Of a stretch of DNA of 64,000 nucleotides, positions 8,677 to 20,199 are shown piece by piece (the first letter of the stretch is position 1; each line of letters starts with the position of its first letter). The DNA is from Prasinococcaceae sp. CCMP 1430 (Eukaryota; Plantae; Prasinodermophyta). The position numbers were made by a program, and so were the translations under genes. The notes beneath the pieces were generated by a model. It saw only the letters and a list, made by a program, of their open reading frames with translations. It made no database searches and was not told the origin of the DNA. The stretch spans positions 56,902-120,901 of the forward strand of contig RQSC01001236.1 of NCBI GenBank assembly GCA_013416795.1, given 5' to 3'.

Positions 8677-11600
8677 GGTCCCAACCCGAACGACCGCGCT
8701 CTCCTCCGCGACGGCAAGATCGCGAACGTGCGCCACCAGCCCCTGACGCTCACAGACGACCACGTGTGGATCGTCAACACGCTGTCCGACGCGCTCTCGC
8801 TCAACGAGATGCTGTGCCTCAACCTGCTCGTGGAAACGGACGAGATCTACGGCCTGCAGGGGCGCACCCGGGAGGACACGGCGCGGCTGGCGGCGGGGGT
8901 GTACCACGAGGAGCGCATGGCGGTCGTCGAGTGCCTGCTGCTCATCCTCAACGCGGCCATCGTCGACTACGCGCCCGATCGGAGCGAGCTGCAGTCCGCC
9001 CTCGCGGACTACGCGGTGACGGTCATGCGGCGCACCGACCCGGCGGAGGGCGGGGGGTCGACGCTCCTGCGCAGGCTGCTCGCGCTGGCGTCCGCCGAGC
9101 CGCCCGCCGTGGAGGCGGGGAGCCTGCTCGAGCACATCACGCTCAGGTCGGGCGTGACCTGCGCGCGCGCGGACCAGGCGGCGCACGAGGCCATGCTGTG
9201 CGGGAACGCGCTGCACAGCGCCTGCTCCGTGGTCGCCTACGCGGTGCACACGCCGACGCCCGTCGCGGTGCGCGTCGAGGACGCAATGGCGGTGGTCCGG
9301 CTGGCGGCGAAGCGCGCGGCCGACATAGACGCCGAGGAGCAGAAGCGCGCGAACGCGCGCGCGCTCAACGACGAGCACATCCGCGTGCTCGGCCGCGGCA
9401 TCGCCCAGCAGGACGACGCCGCCGGCGGCGGCGGCCTCGCCGACTCCAACAAGAGGGCGGGCGAGCGCGAGGAGGCGCGCCGGAAGGCGCAGCAGGCCGT
9501 CTCGTGCCAGCTGGCGGCCGTCGAGCTGCTGTGCCCGTGCGACCAGTTCCAGATGCCGATGGGCGTCGTCACCGAGCCCAACATGCTCGCGCAGGTGGGC
9601 GCCCTCGTGCGCGCCGCCGCGAGCGGCGGCCAGGGCGAGAACGGCGGGGGCGCGAGCGCGGCGGTGGGCCACGCGTCGTCGTCGTCGTCGTGGCACGCCC
9701 GCGCGATGGCCACCACCTCGATCGCGTGGGCCCTCGCCTCGGCGGATCCGAGGCAGGCGCAAAAGTCGGGCGAGGCCGCCGACGTCATCGCGCGCTACTC
9801 CGCAAAGGTCTTCGCGGCGATGCTCCAGGGCGACGCGGCGGCGCGCTACGACCCCGCGCAGGGCGCCATGGCGCACCAGACCGCGCACAAGCTGCTGCTG
9901 CGGTTCCTGCTGCACGAGGCCGGCAAGGGCGAGGTGCGAGCGATGCGTGACGCCGCCTCGGTGCATGTGGCGGCCGAGGGCGGCGACGCCTCCGAGGGCG
10001 CGGGCCTCGCGAGCCTGCTGTCGCTGATGGCGGTGCTCTACGCCGCCAACCCGGGGCTCGCCGAGCACTGGTGCGTGGTTGACTTCGTGGAGGGCGTGAT
10101 GGAGGACCAGTGCACGGTGGCGATGCTCACGCCGCTCCTCGACATGCTGGCGGCGCTCGCGGGCTCGGACCAGTGGCGCCCGCGCCTGCGTGAGTGGCTG
10201 CAGCGCCCCGCCGATCGCGTGCCGGTCAACTGGTCGAAGCTCTTCAACGCCACGGCGCAGTACGCCAGCCTCCTCCGCGCGCGCGAGCAGGAGCAGGGCG
10301 GCGGCGTGGACGTCGCCAAGGCGGCGCAGCAGAAGAGGGAGCCGGCGACGACGGAGCTGATCCCCGCCGAGGACGAGCGGGTGCTCACGGCGTACCTGTC
10401 GCTCTTCAGGTCGCTCTTCGAGGCGGCCGCCGAGGACTCGGAGCGGCAGGCGGTGGCGCAGGAGATCAGGGCGGCGAGCAACCAGGCGCCGGTCGTCGGC
10501 CTCGTCAGCCTCTACACGTGCGGCGTGAGCCCCGCCCTGAAGGCCTCGCTGCTGGACGCCCTGCGGGCGGCGGCGCTCTCGCCGTCGCTGGCGCACGCGG
10601 CGCTCGAGCAGCTCAAGTCTTCCGGAGCGGCGCACGCGCACGCCGGCGGCGCGGCCGCCGGGCTGACGAGGCAGCTCAACCAGATCGAGGCCCCCGCGCG
10701 CACGTACCCCGAGCTGCGCGCCTTCCTCCGACTGGTCAAGACGCTCGCCGCCTCCCTGCCCCTGTACGCCGATCGGGGGCTCGCCCTCAGGACGCTCCTG
10801 CCGTTCGTGCGCGACGAGGCCTTCCTGAAGCTCGGCGCGCGCGAGCACGTCGACCCCGCCGAGCGCTGGGAGGTCGCCGCGCTCTGCTTGGAGATCTTCG
10901 AGAGCGTGGTGGCTGTGTACGCCCCGCGCGCGCAGGACTTCCACGACGGCGGGGTCAACCGGGCAGACGTGCCGCCGGGCTTCGACGTGATGAAGGACGC
11001 GCTCTCCGGCGGCGCCATCCTCCACCACGCCCTCCAGATCCTCGTCGATGGCGGCGAGGTGCCCGGGGACAGGGCGCTCGCGCCGCTCGACCTGCCGCGC
11101 GAGAGGGCCGTGCACGCGGCGCTGGCGCTCCTCAGGACCGTCCTGGGCGCCGACGCCGAGGTCTGCCGCTGCGCCGCCGAGGTGGCGGGGCACGGGGTCG
11201 ATCGCGACGGGGCCGACTCGCGGGGGCTCGGGCCCGCCGCGCTGCTCACGCTTGACGTGGTGCTCACGCGCGCCCCCGAGCGCCTGGCGGCGTGCATGCA
11301 GTACTGCGCGTACACTCCCAACGTGGCCGTGCGCTGCGCCGCCGTCGATGTCATGCGCCACCTGTCCGACCGCCTGGAGGGGCTGCCGCTCGCGCTCGGC
11401 GACGGCGCCCCGGCGCGGCGCATCGTCGGCGGCTGCGCGGCCGCCCTCGCCGAGGCGGTGGCGAGCCCGCCGCAGACGCACGAGGGCGCGGAGCAAGGGT
11501 GCGACGCGTACCAGCTCGGGCTGCGGGTGCTGAGCCTGATGCTCAGCGCCGCGTCGCAGCCCGCGCCCAACATGCTCCACTTCCTGCTTGGCTGCCAGTG

Positions 11601-14028
11601 CTCCGTGGACGGCATCGACCTGCCAGAGGCGAGCGCCGTGCGCCAGCTCGCGCCCCTGCTCCACCTGTGCGAGCTCGTGTGCGACACTGGGCGCCGCGAG
11701 ACGCACGCCACCCGCCTCGCGGAGCTGGCCGTCAGGGTGCTGGCGTCCTTGGCCACCGAGGAGCAGACGCGAGGCGCCGTGCTCCACGCCCTCAGGCAGC
11801 GGGGGCTCGTCGCGAGGATGGTCGCGAGCAGCGCGGCGGCGCCACCGCCGGCCGAGGGCGAGCGCCAGGCGACGCTGACGATCACGGGCAGCGTCCTGCG
11901 CCTCGCCGCGATCGAGCTGCACGCCGCCGATCCGGAGGTGCCCCTGCAGGGAGGGAGCATCGCGAGCGTGCTGCGCGCGTTGTTTGGCGCCGCGGCGGAC
12001 TCGGGCAGCGACCCCAGCGCGCTGCAGGCGCTGAGCTCGCGCCACGTGGCGTTGCTGCAGATCCTCGAGCAGCTCCGCCCCAGCGCGCCGCCCGTGGCCT
12101 CGATCGGCGCTCAGGACGCCGCCGTGGAGAGCGTGCTCGCCGCCGCGCACGTGCGCGAGGCGCTTGCGGATCCCAGATCGGCCGGCATCGGGGGCGAGGC
12201 GGTCGGATTTGGCGCGCAGGCGCGGCCGACCGTCGACCTGAAGGCGCTCACGCACTTTTTGCAGTCGCGCGTGCCGATGCAGCAGACGCCCCGCGAGAGC
12301 GCCGCGTCCGCGGACGCGAACCGCCTCGCCATCGAGGTCGCTGCGAGCAACAACGCCGCGGCGGAGGAGAGCGCCGCGCGCGCGTCCGCCCTGCTCGCTT
12401 GGGCGGCCGCCGTGGAGGTGCTCGTATCGCGTCGCATCGACGGGGCCGGCAACACGCTGAAGTTGGTGGACATGGTGCTGCACGCGTGCCTGGACGTGCT
12501 CCTGGACGCGAGCCGCAAGGCGGAGGTGGATAATGACCTTGCTGGTTCGCTGCTGCGCGTCGTCTCGGTGACTCTGGCAACGCTCTCCGCGGCGCACGCC
12601 GAGACGCGCCGCGGGGCCAACGCCGCGGCAGCTGGGGCGCTGTCTCGCCACGCGCCCACCGAGCTGGCGACGGTCGCCTCTGGCGCGCTGCCCAAGCTGC
12701 TTCTGGTGATGGGCGACGCCTCGGCCTCGGCGGGCAGCGGCGCCGGCAGCGTCGTGGCCATGTGCAGGCTCTACGCGGGCGTCCTGCACGCGCTGGACTG
12801 CGCCGATGGGGAGGCCGCCGCGTGCGCCGCGGTGCGCAGGGCGCCAGAGCAGGCGCTCGCGAGGCTCGCGAGCGATGCGCTCGCCCCGAGCGAGGCCCTT
12901 CAGGAGCTGGCGCTGCGCACCCTGGACGCCGCGCTGGCCGCGGATGCCGGCGGCACGACCGTCGAACGGGCTCTGTCCGCCGGCGTCATCCGCGGGCTGC
13001 TGCACGGCGTGGCTGGAGCGGGCGGGCGCGCCGCGGCCGCCTCCCTCACCAACGCCGCCGTGATGTCGACCAGGCCGGCGTGCCTTCTCGAGGCCCAGCT
13101 GTCGTTGCTCCTGCGCATCGCCATCAGTCGCTGGCCGGTGAGCGCCGAGGTGCTGCTTCGGACTGGGGCGCTCCGCTCCCTGGCGGCGTGCGAGGCCCTG
13201 GACGTCGCCGTCGCGCCCTTCTCCCAGAGTGCGATGGGGCTCGACGCCGCGCGCGCGGCCGCGGTGGCCGTCCACGGGCGCGGGCGAGCCGACCGCGCCA
13301 TGCGTCGCACGATCGTGTTCCCGGCGCTGCGGCTCGCGGCCGCCGTGGGCGCGTCCTTGCCCAAGAGCGAAGACTGCGGTGCGCAGCTCGCCAACTTCGT
13401 GAGCTCGCACGTGGGACTCTTCGCCAGCACCTTCGCCACGGCGGCCCTGCCGGCCGCGCGTGACACGGGCGACGAGGCGCTCGCGGACTCGCGCGTGGCG
13501 CGCGCCGCGATCGAAGACGCGGAGGAGCTCGCGCTGTGCATGGCGGTGCTGCTGCCCCTCTACGCGCACGCGGTCGAGGCGGGTGGCGCGGGCGCCGCCG
13601 CCGATGCGAGGAGCGCGGGCCCCGTGGCGGGCGCCATCGCCAGGGTGCACAACGATGTGGTGACGCTTGCGGGCGTGTACTGCACGGCCGACGGCGCGCT
13701 CGCCGTGCAGCCGGAGGTGGCCACTCGCCTTCAGGCCGTCGTCGCCGCGCTGGCGTCCTCGCGCGACGAGGGCCAGCGCGCGGCCGGTGCGACGCTGCGT
13801 GCGCAGATGAGTCGCGCGTCCGATCGACTCGCGCAGTGCGTGCGCCTGGGCCCCGCAATGCCCGAAGGTGCGAACGGCCACGGCACTGGCGCGATGGTCG
13901 TGGCAGGCGCGGGCGCGGCCGGCACCGCGGCACGCGTGGCCGAGCACGCGCGCGCCTCACTCGTCGCTCGCGCCGCGGATGGCATGTTTGCGTACGTGGG
14001 CGGCGGCATGCGCTCGCCGCTGGCGTAG
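8677..14028 (+). CDS. NUP205: nucleoporin Nup205/Nup192 (5' exon lost near n at 8570)
   Basis: PNDRALLRDGKI..LTLTDDHVWIVNTLSDALSLNEMLCLNLLVE..LAAGVYHEER resembles the plant Nup205 N-terminus; about 1780 aa of helical solenoid in one exon after a CAAAG| acceptor. Confidence 0.85.
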   Translation, partial: GPNPNDRALLRDGKIANVRHQPLTLTDDHVWIVNTLSDALSLNEMLCLNLLVETDEIYGLQGRTREDTARLAAGVYHEERMAVVECLLLILNAAIVDYAPDRSELQSALADYAVTVMRRTDPAEGGGSTLLRRLLALASAEPPAVEAGSLLEHITLRSGVTCARADQAAHEAMLCGNALHSACSVVAYAVHTPTPVAVRVEDAMAVVRLAAKRAADIDAEEQKRANARALNDEHIRVLGRGIAQQDDAAGGGGLADSNKRAGEREEARRKAQQAVSCQLAAVELLCPCDQFQMPMGVVTEPNMLAQVGALVRAAASGGQGENGGGASAAVGHASSSSSWHARAMATTSIAWALASADPRQAQKSGEAADVIARYSAKVFAAMLQGDAAARYDPAQGAMAHQTAHKLLLRFLLHEAGKGEVRAMRDAASVHVAAEGGDASEGAGLASLLSLMAVLYAANPGLAEHWCVVDFVEGVMEDQCTVAMLTPLLDMLAALAGSDQWRPRLREWLQRPADRVPVNWSKLFNATAQYASLLRAREQEQGGGVDVAKAAQQKREPATTELIPAEDERVLTAYLSLFRSLFEAAAEDSERQAVAQEIRAASNQAPVVGLVSLYTCGVSPALKASLLDALRAAALSPSLAHAALEQLKSSGAAHAHAGGAAAGLTRQLNQIEAPARTYPELRAFLRLVKTLAASLPLYADRGLALRTLLPFVRDEAFLKLGAREHVDPAERWEVAALCLEIFESVVAVYAPRAQDFHDGGVNRADVPPGFDVMKDALSGGAILHHALQILVDGGEVPGDRALAPLDLPRERAVHAALALLRTVLGADAEVCRCAAEVAGHGVDRDGADSRGLGPAALLTLDVVLTRAPERLAACMQYCAYTPNVAVRCAAVDVMRHLSDRLEGLPLALGDGAPARRIVGGCAAALAEAVASPPQTHEGAEQGCDAYQLGLRVLSLMLSAASQPAPNMLHFLLGCQCSVDGIDLPEASAVRQLAPLLHLCELVCDTGRRETHATRLAELAVRVLASLATEEQTRGAVLHALRQRGLVARMVASSAAAPPPAEGERQATLTITGSVLRLAAIELHAADPEVPLQGGSIASVLRALFGAAADSGSDPSALQALSSRHVALLQILEQLRPSAPPVASIGAQDAAVESVLAAAHVREALADPRSAGIGGEAVGFGAQARPTVDLKALTHFLQSRVPMQQTPRESAASADANRLAIEVAASNNAAAEESAARASALLAWAAAVEVLVSRRIDGAGNTLKLVDMVLHACLDVLLDASRKAEVDNDLAGSLLRVVSVTLATLSAAHAETRRGANAAAAGALSRHAPTELATVASGALPKLLLVMGDASASAGSGAGSVVAMCRLYAGVLHALDCADGEAAACAAVRRAPEQALARLASDALAPSEALQELALRTLDAALAADAGGTTVERALSAGVIRGLLHGVAGAGGRAAAASLTNAAVMSTRPACLLEAQLSLLLRIAISRWPVSAEVLLRTGALRSLAACEALDVAVAPFSQSAMGLDAARAAAVAVHGRGRADRAMRRTIVFPALRLAAAVGASLPKSEDCGAQLANFVSSHVGLFASTFATAALPAARDTGDEALADSRVARAAIEDAEELALCMAVLLPLYAHAVEAGGAGAAADARSAGPVAGAIARVHNDVVTLAGVYCTADGALAVQPEVATRLQAVVAALASSRDEGQRAAGATLRAQMSRASDRLAQCVRLGPAMPEGANGHGTGAMVVAGAGAAGTAARVAEHARASLVARAADGMFAYVGGGMRSPLA

Positions 14029-14164
14029 CAGGACACCCGCGTCGCGTCGGCGCACGCGCACCGCCGCCGTATCATAATGGGTGATATTACTTGACGTGAT
14101 GCTGGACGCACCATATTAGAGCCGCCCCCCCCCGCCGCTGGGCGCGCGCGCGCGCCGCGCGCGC

Positions 14165-16373
14165 CTATCTGGGCGATGCGGAGCCCTTGCCGGGCGATGC
14201 CGTCTCCGAGCCGCCTTCCTCGAGCGTCGCGCGGGTGCCCCGCGCGTCCCCGGCCGCCGCGCCCCCCGTTGTCGCCTCGGTGAGGAAGCGCCGCCCGCCG
14301 GTGACGTGGTCGATCTTTGCCGCTATCAGCGCCGCGCGGTACTCGGTTCTGTCGATGGTGAGCAGGCGGCAGTCGCCGCTCACCGTCGCGTAGAAGTCCG
14401 GCACGTACGGATTCGACTCGTCGCAGGCGAGCGCCTTGTTTCCCAGAGTGGACCACGGGCCCAGCTCGGACTCGAAGCTCTCCGAGCCGGCGTGGATGAC
14501 CACCTTGCCCTGCATGATGAGCGTGAACATGCTCGATGGCACACCGCGGGAGTAGAGCACCTGCCCTTCCGTGTCGTCGCCACCAGGGCCGGAGATCACG
14601 CTGAAGTCGTTGTCGTCCTCATCGATCACCTTCGCGGTTGCGATGAGCTTCTTGAAGACGGCGGTGTACTGGCTCAGCTGCTTGAACTCCTCCACATTCA
14701 TCTGCAGGAAGGCCATCACCGCCTGCTGCTCCTGGGGGCTCAGCACGTTGGACGAGTTGTGGTCCGAGTTGAGCGCCTCGAAGAATTTGGAGATGTCTCT
14801 GGAGCGCATGGTGTGGCGGATCCTGGTCTGCAAGGGCTTGTTCACATCGATGGCGTTGTCAGTCTCGTCGACGATCTCGTCCTGAATGATCTCCTCGATC
14901 ACATCCTCGAGAGTGACGATGCCGGTGACCACCTTGGGCTGTGGCCCGAGCGACGCGGGCGACGCGGCGTCCGCGAAGTCGGGCGACGCCGGCGTAGCCA
15001 GGGCGGGGCCGTCCAGCTGTTGCTGCTTGTTGCGCCTGGAGGGCGCCGGCGAGTTTGCGATGCGCACCACAACGCCGTCATCGTTGATGGCGTCCTCCAC
15101 GTTGCGCCGGCTGGACGAGTCGCGCGCCTGCAGCGTGGGCGAGGCCAGGCCACCATCCATCCCCCCGCCGTTCGCATCCTCGTCGACCCCGGCGCCCACG
15201 CCGCCATCGTTCTTGGCCAGGGGCGAGAGCGTGGGGGTCCGGCCGTCCGCGCTGCTGCCATCGTCGCCTTCGCCGCTGGTGGGAAAGCCCTCAACGAGCA
15301 GCATGTGGGTGTAGTTGACCTTCATGAATGACAGCACCTTGTCGAGCGTCATGGTCTCGTCGACGGCGCACACGTCGCGCCCGTGGAAGGAAAGCAGCGT
15401 GCTCACCTCAATCTCGTCGTCGGGGTCCACCAAGATGAGGTCCTTTGCGTACAGGATGCCCACGATGTTGGTAGGCTCGACCTCGTACACGGGGATGCGC
15501 GTGAAGCCCGACTTGTAGACGTCGAGCAGCATCTCGAAGTTGAGGCGCTGCGAGCGCTCCATCATGAAGACCTTCTTTATTTGCGTGAACACGTCCTTGA
15601 CGCGCTTCTGCTTGTACTCGAGCACGCCCGTGAGCATGGTCTGGTCGTCCCTCGTGAGGCCGCTCTCCTCCTGCGCCTTCGGGTCTGCCACGTGGATCTC
15701 AATGAGCTTCTTGAACTCTTGCATCGAGTGGTACGTGCCGAGCTCCTGGCCGAGCACTATGTCGAGCACCTTGCTGATGGGCCACGAGACGGGGAGCAGG
15801 ACGAGCTGTGTGTTTGGGTGTGTGTGTTTGTGTGTAGGCCGGGGTGGTGGATGGCGGTGGTGGTGGTGGCGCAGCGCGCGCGCGCGCGCGTGCAGAGTGA
15901 GCGGCCGAACGCACCCGCGAGCGCGCGCCGAGGCGTGCTGCGCGTGCGCGCGCATGCGTTCGAGCGCTCGAGGCGCCTCCGCGTACCGTGAAGAGCTGCA
16001 CGAGCGGGATGACCTTCGCTCCAATGGCGAGGCCGTGGCGTGAGCACACGGCCTGCGGCGAGATTTCGCCGAAGACGACAATCACCGCCGTCGCCGCCGC
16101 GATTGCGACGGGCCCTTGGGCGAGGTCGTTCATGAGGATGGAGATGCACGTGTTCACGAGTGTGTTGCCGATGAGCAGCGTGCACAGCAGCAAGTTGCCC
16201 GACTCGCGCATGGGCAGGATCTTCTGCGCGTTGGCACGCTCGACGTCGTCGCCGCCGTCGGCGATAACCTGCAGGAGCGTAGTGTCCAGGCCCATCAGTC
16301 CCAGCGTCAAGCCCGAGAACACGCCGGAGAGAACGATGAGCAGGACGAGCAGGACATACTCCCACCAGTTCAT
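14165..16373 (-). CDS. CNNM: CNNM/DUF21-CBS metal (Mg2+) transporter with cNMP-binding-homology domain, 2 exons
   Basis: LSGVFSGLTLGLMGLD..GNLLLCTLLIGNTLVN..FGEISPQAVCSRHGL (DUF21); SGFTRIPVY..GIVTLEDVIEEII (CBS pair); exons 16373-15987 and 15805-14165. Confidence 0.95.
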
Positions 16374-17211
16374 GGCTGGCAGTCTGCTGGGCGGCCCCGC
16401 CCGCCCGCGCGCCGCCTGGCGCTGTGCCCCCCTGCCACTGCACCCGCGCGGGCGGGCGCGCGCCCACGTCAGCCCACGCACCCGCCCCACCCGGTGCATA
16501 CACGCCGCACGCACTGCCCGCGCCCGCGCCCGCGCCAGCGTCCGCACGCTTCCCCCTCCCCGCTCCGTGCTCTCACACGCACGCACCGTGCACCACGCGC
16601 TCGCACGCACACCTCCCCTCGCCTCTGCGCCCGGGGAACGCGCGCTCGCGCGCGCTCGGGGAACGGAGAGGAACGACGGGACGGGTCCCCTCCGCACTTT
16701 GGCAAAAGAACAATTTCATCAACGGCTTAATTTGAATGCTTCGTCAAAATAAATGTCACGTTCGTTCCATTCGACGGATGAGCCGAAATTCAATGGGAAA
16801 GTGCGCGTTGTGCGTTTCGCGGTTCGCGCGCGCAAACGCACACGCACACGAACTGGGCTGTCGGGGTTCAAAAAGGAGGTGGGCTTCACTTGCATTTTGA
16901 GCAACGATACGGTCACATGACAAACGCATGGAAGACCCCGCGCAGGAGGCTCTCTGACCAAGGCCTGCCGAGATCCGCGCGAAATGCAAAGTGACCTTCC
17001 CAAGCGCGCGCGTTGGGGACTGAGTTCATTTTGACGTCGATCGGCGCGCACGCGGGCCGTTTGAAGGGCTGTCTCTGTGCGGCGGGGCGTTGTGGCTGGC
17101 GCCTCGCGCCACAGCGCGCAGGGCGCCCCCCCCCACCGCGGACGCGCGCGCCGGGGTTGTGCGTGCCAAGCAGCGCCGCCGCTGACGGGCGCTCGCGCGC
17201 GCGCCCGGCAG

Positions 17212-19431
17212 GCCGAGGCGGCGAAGTGCGTCGTGCCGTTCGGATGCCTGTACAAGCCGCTGCAGCCCATGGAGAGCATGCCCATCGTGCCGTACGAGCC
17301 GCAGCGCTGCAAGAGCTGCGCGTCGTGCCTCAACCCGTACGCGCGCGTGGACTTCCAGGCCAAGCTCTGGATCTGCCCGTTCTGCTACACGCGCAATCAC
17401 TTCCCCGCGCACTACCAGTCGATCTCCGAGCAGAGCCAGCCGGCCGAGCTCTTCCCCAACTACACGACGATCGAGTACACGATGCAGCAGCCCAGCCCGC
17501 CGCCGCCGGCCTTCCTGTTCGTGCTCGACGTCTGCCAGCTCGAGGACGAGCTCGCGGCGGCGCGCGCGTCGCTCACGCAGGCGCTCTCGCTGCTGCCGGA
17601 GAACGCGCTCGTCGGCCTCATCACGTTCGGCACGCACGTGCACGTGCACGAGCTCGGCTTCGCGGACTGCGCCAAGTCGTACGTGTTCCGCGGCAGCGGG
17701 ACGTACACGCGCGAGGCCGTCGCGGGGCAGCTCGGCCTCACGAGGGGGCAGGGCGGGCAGAGCCAGATCCCACAGCCCGGCCAGTCCGGCCAGCCCGGCT
17801 CGGGCGCGTCGCGCTTCCTCCTCCCAGTGTCGGAGTGCGAGTTCCAGCTCACCACGCTGCTCGAGGAGCTGTCGCACGACGCCTTCCCCGTGCAGGCCGA
17901 TCAGCGCCCGGCGCGCTGCACCGGTCCCGCGCTCGCGGTTGCGACGGGCTTGATGGGCGCCGCCGCGGCGGGGAGCGGCGGGCACATCATGCTGCTGCTG
18001 GGCGGGCCGGGAACAGAGGGGCAGGGCGCCGTCGTGAGCCGCGACAACGCCGACGCCGTGCGCTCGCACAAGGACATTAACAAAAGGACGGCGCCCTTCT
18101 ACAAGAACGCCTGCAAGTACTACGAGGCCCTCGGGCAGCAGCTCGTCGCCAACGGCCACGTGCTGGACGTCATCGCGTGCGCCCTCGACCAGTGCGGCCT
18201 GGCCGAGATGAAGGTGTGCGTCGAGGCGACGGGCGGTCACATGGTGCTCGCAGAGTCCTTCAACCACGAGGTGTTCAAAAAGTCCTTCCAGCAGCTCTTC
18301 AGCGAGGACGTGCTCGGCCTGGCCTTCAACGCCACGTACGAGGTGTTCTGCTCCAAGGACGTCAAAATCCTGGGCAACATCGGCCCGTGCGCCAGCTTGG
18401 GGAAGAGGACGCCATTCGTGGCGGACGCGGCGGTGGGCGTCGGTGGCACCGCGGCGTGGAAGCTCGCGGGCATCGACGCCTCGACGACCATCGCCACGTA
18501 CTTCGACGTGGGGAGCGCGGGGGACCCGCAGCAGCAGAGCCAGGCACAGGCTGGGGGCATGGGCGCGGGCGCGCAGTTCTTCCTGCAGTTCGCCACTCGC
18601 TACACGCACGCGAGCGGCGCCGTGCGCACGCGCGTGACCACGCTCACGCGGCGCTGGTCGGAAACGAACTCCAAGCACGAGCTCGTGCCCGGCTTCGACC
18701 AGGAGGCGGCCGCCGTAATCGTTGCGCGCCACACGTGCTGGAAGATGGAGAGTGAGGACGAGTACGACGCGACGCGCAGCGTCGACCGCATGCTCATCCG
18801 ACTGTGCCAGCGCTTCGGCGAGTATCAAAAGGACGACCCGCACAGCTTCCGCCTCCCGCCGCAGCTGAGCATTTTCCCGCAGTTCATGTTCAATCTGCGG
18901 CGCTCGCAGTTTCTACAGGTGTTCGGCAATTCGCCGGACGAGACGGTGTACTTCCGGTCGCTGCTCAACCGCGAGTCGGTCAACAACGGGCTGGTGATGA
19001 TTCAGCCCACGCTGCTGAGCTTTTCGATGGGCGCCGCCCCGGAGCCTGCCCTTCTGGACGTGTCGGCCATCCAGCCCGACCGGATCCTGCTGCTCGACGC
19101 GTACTTCTCGCTCGTGGTGTTCCACGGCACAACCATCGCGCAGTGGCGCAAGTCGGGGTACCACCACCAGCCGGAGTACGAGGCCTTCGCCGCCATGCTC
19201 GAGGCGCCGCAGGAGGAGGCGCAGGCCATCATCGGCGAGCGCTTTCCGGTGCCGCGCTTCGTCGACTGCGACCAAAACGGCTCGCAGGCGCGCTTCCTGC
19301 TGGCCAAGCTCAACCCGAGCAACACACACACCTCTCAGGGCGGCGGCCCGGGCGAGATCATGTTCACAGACGACGTGTCACTCGAGACGTTCATGAGCCA
19401 CTTGCGATCGCGCGCGGTGGCGTCCAGTTGA
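17212..19431 (+). CDS. SEC23: COPII coat subunit Sec23 (first ~25 codons not located)
   Basis: CKSCASCLNPY..WICPFC zinc finger, FLFVLDVC trunk domain, FPQFMFNLRRSQFLQVFGNSPDET and FLLAKLNPS; CAG| acceptor at 17211; TGTAA at 19460. Confidence 0.97.
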   Translation, partial: AEAAKCVVPFGCLYKPLQPMESMPIVPYEPQRCKSCASCLNPYARVDFQAKLWICPFCYTRNHFPAHYQSISEQSQPAELFPNYTTIEYTMQQPSPPPPAFLFVLDVCQLEDELAAARASLTQALSLLPENALVGLITFGTHVHVHELGFADCAKSYVFRGSGTYTREAVAGQLGLTRGQGGQSQIPQPGQSGQPGSGASRFLLPVSECEFQLTTLLEELSHDAFPVQADQRPARCTGPALAVATGLMGAAAAGSGGHIMLLLGGPGTEGQGAVVSRDNADAVRSHKDINKRTAPFYKNACKYYEALGQQLVANGHVLDVIACALDQCGLAEMKVCVEATGGHMVLAESFNHEVFKKSFQQLFSEDVLGLAFNATYEVFCSKDVKILGNIGPCASLGKRTPFVADAAVGVGGTAAWKLAGIDASTTIATYFDVGSAGDPQQQSQAQAGGMGAGAQFFLQFATRYTHASGAVRTRVTTLTRRWSETNSKHELVPGFDQEAAAVIVARHTCWKMESEDEYDATRSVDRMLIRLCQRFGEYQKDDPHSFRLPPQLSIFPQFMFNLRRSQFLQVFGNSPDETVYFRSLLNRESVNNGLVMIQPTLLSFSMGAAPEPALLDVSAIQPDRILLLDAYFSLVVFHGTTIAQWRKSGYHHQPEYEAFAAMLEAPQEEAQAIIGERFPVPRFVDCDQNGSQARFLLAKLNPSNTHTSQGGGPGEIMFTDDVSLETFMSHLRSRAVASS

Positions 19432-19575
19432 GGCTGAGGGCGAGGTCTCATATTATACATGTAATTATTCGCGGGGATTGGTGACAACTGCTCGTCGCAG
19501 CGCCGGGCAGGAGGGCGTCGCTGTCCTGCCCGGCCAAGCGCGGGGCGCGGCCCCACGCCAGCCTCGCACCCGCGT

Positions 19576-20199
19576 CTACACGAGCTCCGCGAAACGCTCG
19601 TACCGCCGCTGGCCGTGCCTGCCGCCTCCCTCGGGCCACAGCAGCACCGCGGCGGGGACGAGGAGCACGGCGCCCACAACCAGCAGGACGATCCCCGTGG
19701 CCTCGCGCTCGGCCTCGTCTTCAGCAAAGATGCGGTGCTCGCCGTGGGTCAGGTTGAGCGCCGCGATGAGCGGGTCGTGCGCCTCTCGCACGGTCAGCGC
19801 ACCGATCGGTGCATCGAGAGCGGCCTGGGCCTTCGTCGGTGCGATCGTCGCGCGTGTCACCGGCGCAAAGGATGTCCGCGGAGAGCAGCCCCTCCCACCG
19901 CCGCCGCCGTCCAAGGACCAGGCCTCGCGCGCCGCGTCCCATGCGACCTTCACGCAGATGGACGCCAGGCGCTTGTACACGCGGCATTGGCCGCCGACGT
20001 ACGCGCCGCTCATCTGGTACTCGCAGTTCTTCCAGCTGCCCACCTTGAACGCCTGCTCCGACACCGCCGCGTGCGAACCGATGAGCAGCTCCGACCGCCG
20101 GCCGCCCGGCGCCTCCGCGATAATGCTGACGTTGAAGTGCGCGCGCGAGGCGGCGGCCGCGGCCGCGGGGCCCTCCGCCCGCGCGGCCTCGAGCGCGGC
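19576..20199 (-). CDS. hypothetical single-pass membrane protein with Cys-containing ectodomain (5' end in gap)
   Basis: NCEYQMSGAYVGGQCRVYKRLASICVKV followed by C-terminal TM GIVLLVVGAVLLVPAAVLLW; runs into the N-gap at 20200. Confidence 0.7.
   Translation of the reverse strand, partial: AALEAARAEGPAAAAAASRAHFNVSIIAEAPGGRRSELLIGSHAAVSEQAFKVGSWKNCEYQMSGAYVGGQCRVYKRLASICVKVAWDAAREAWSLDGGGGGRGCSPRTSFAPVTRATIAPTKAQAALDAPIGALTVREAHDPLIAALNLTHGEHRIFAEDEAEREATGIVLLVVGAVLLVPAAVLLWPEGGGRHGQRRYERFAELV

Noticed and set aside
8650-13947. 1765-aa minus-strand ORF and many other long alternative-frame ORFs in the track
   Set aside because: Antisense or frame shadows of real genes; high GC3 depletes stop codons, and the products are Arg/Ala/Gly-rich with no motifs.
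16700-17211. Missing SEC23 first exon, a short MSRSF.. ORF and a small hairpin at 16810-16841
   Set aside because: No Sec23 N-terminal motif found and the ORFs lack support; probably divergent promoter/UTR or a local assembly collapse.
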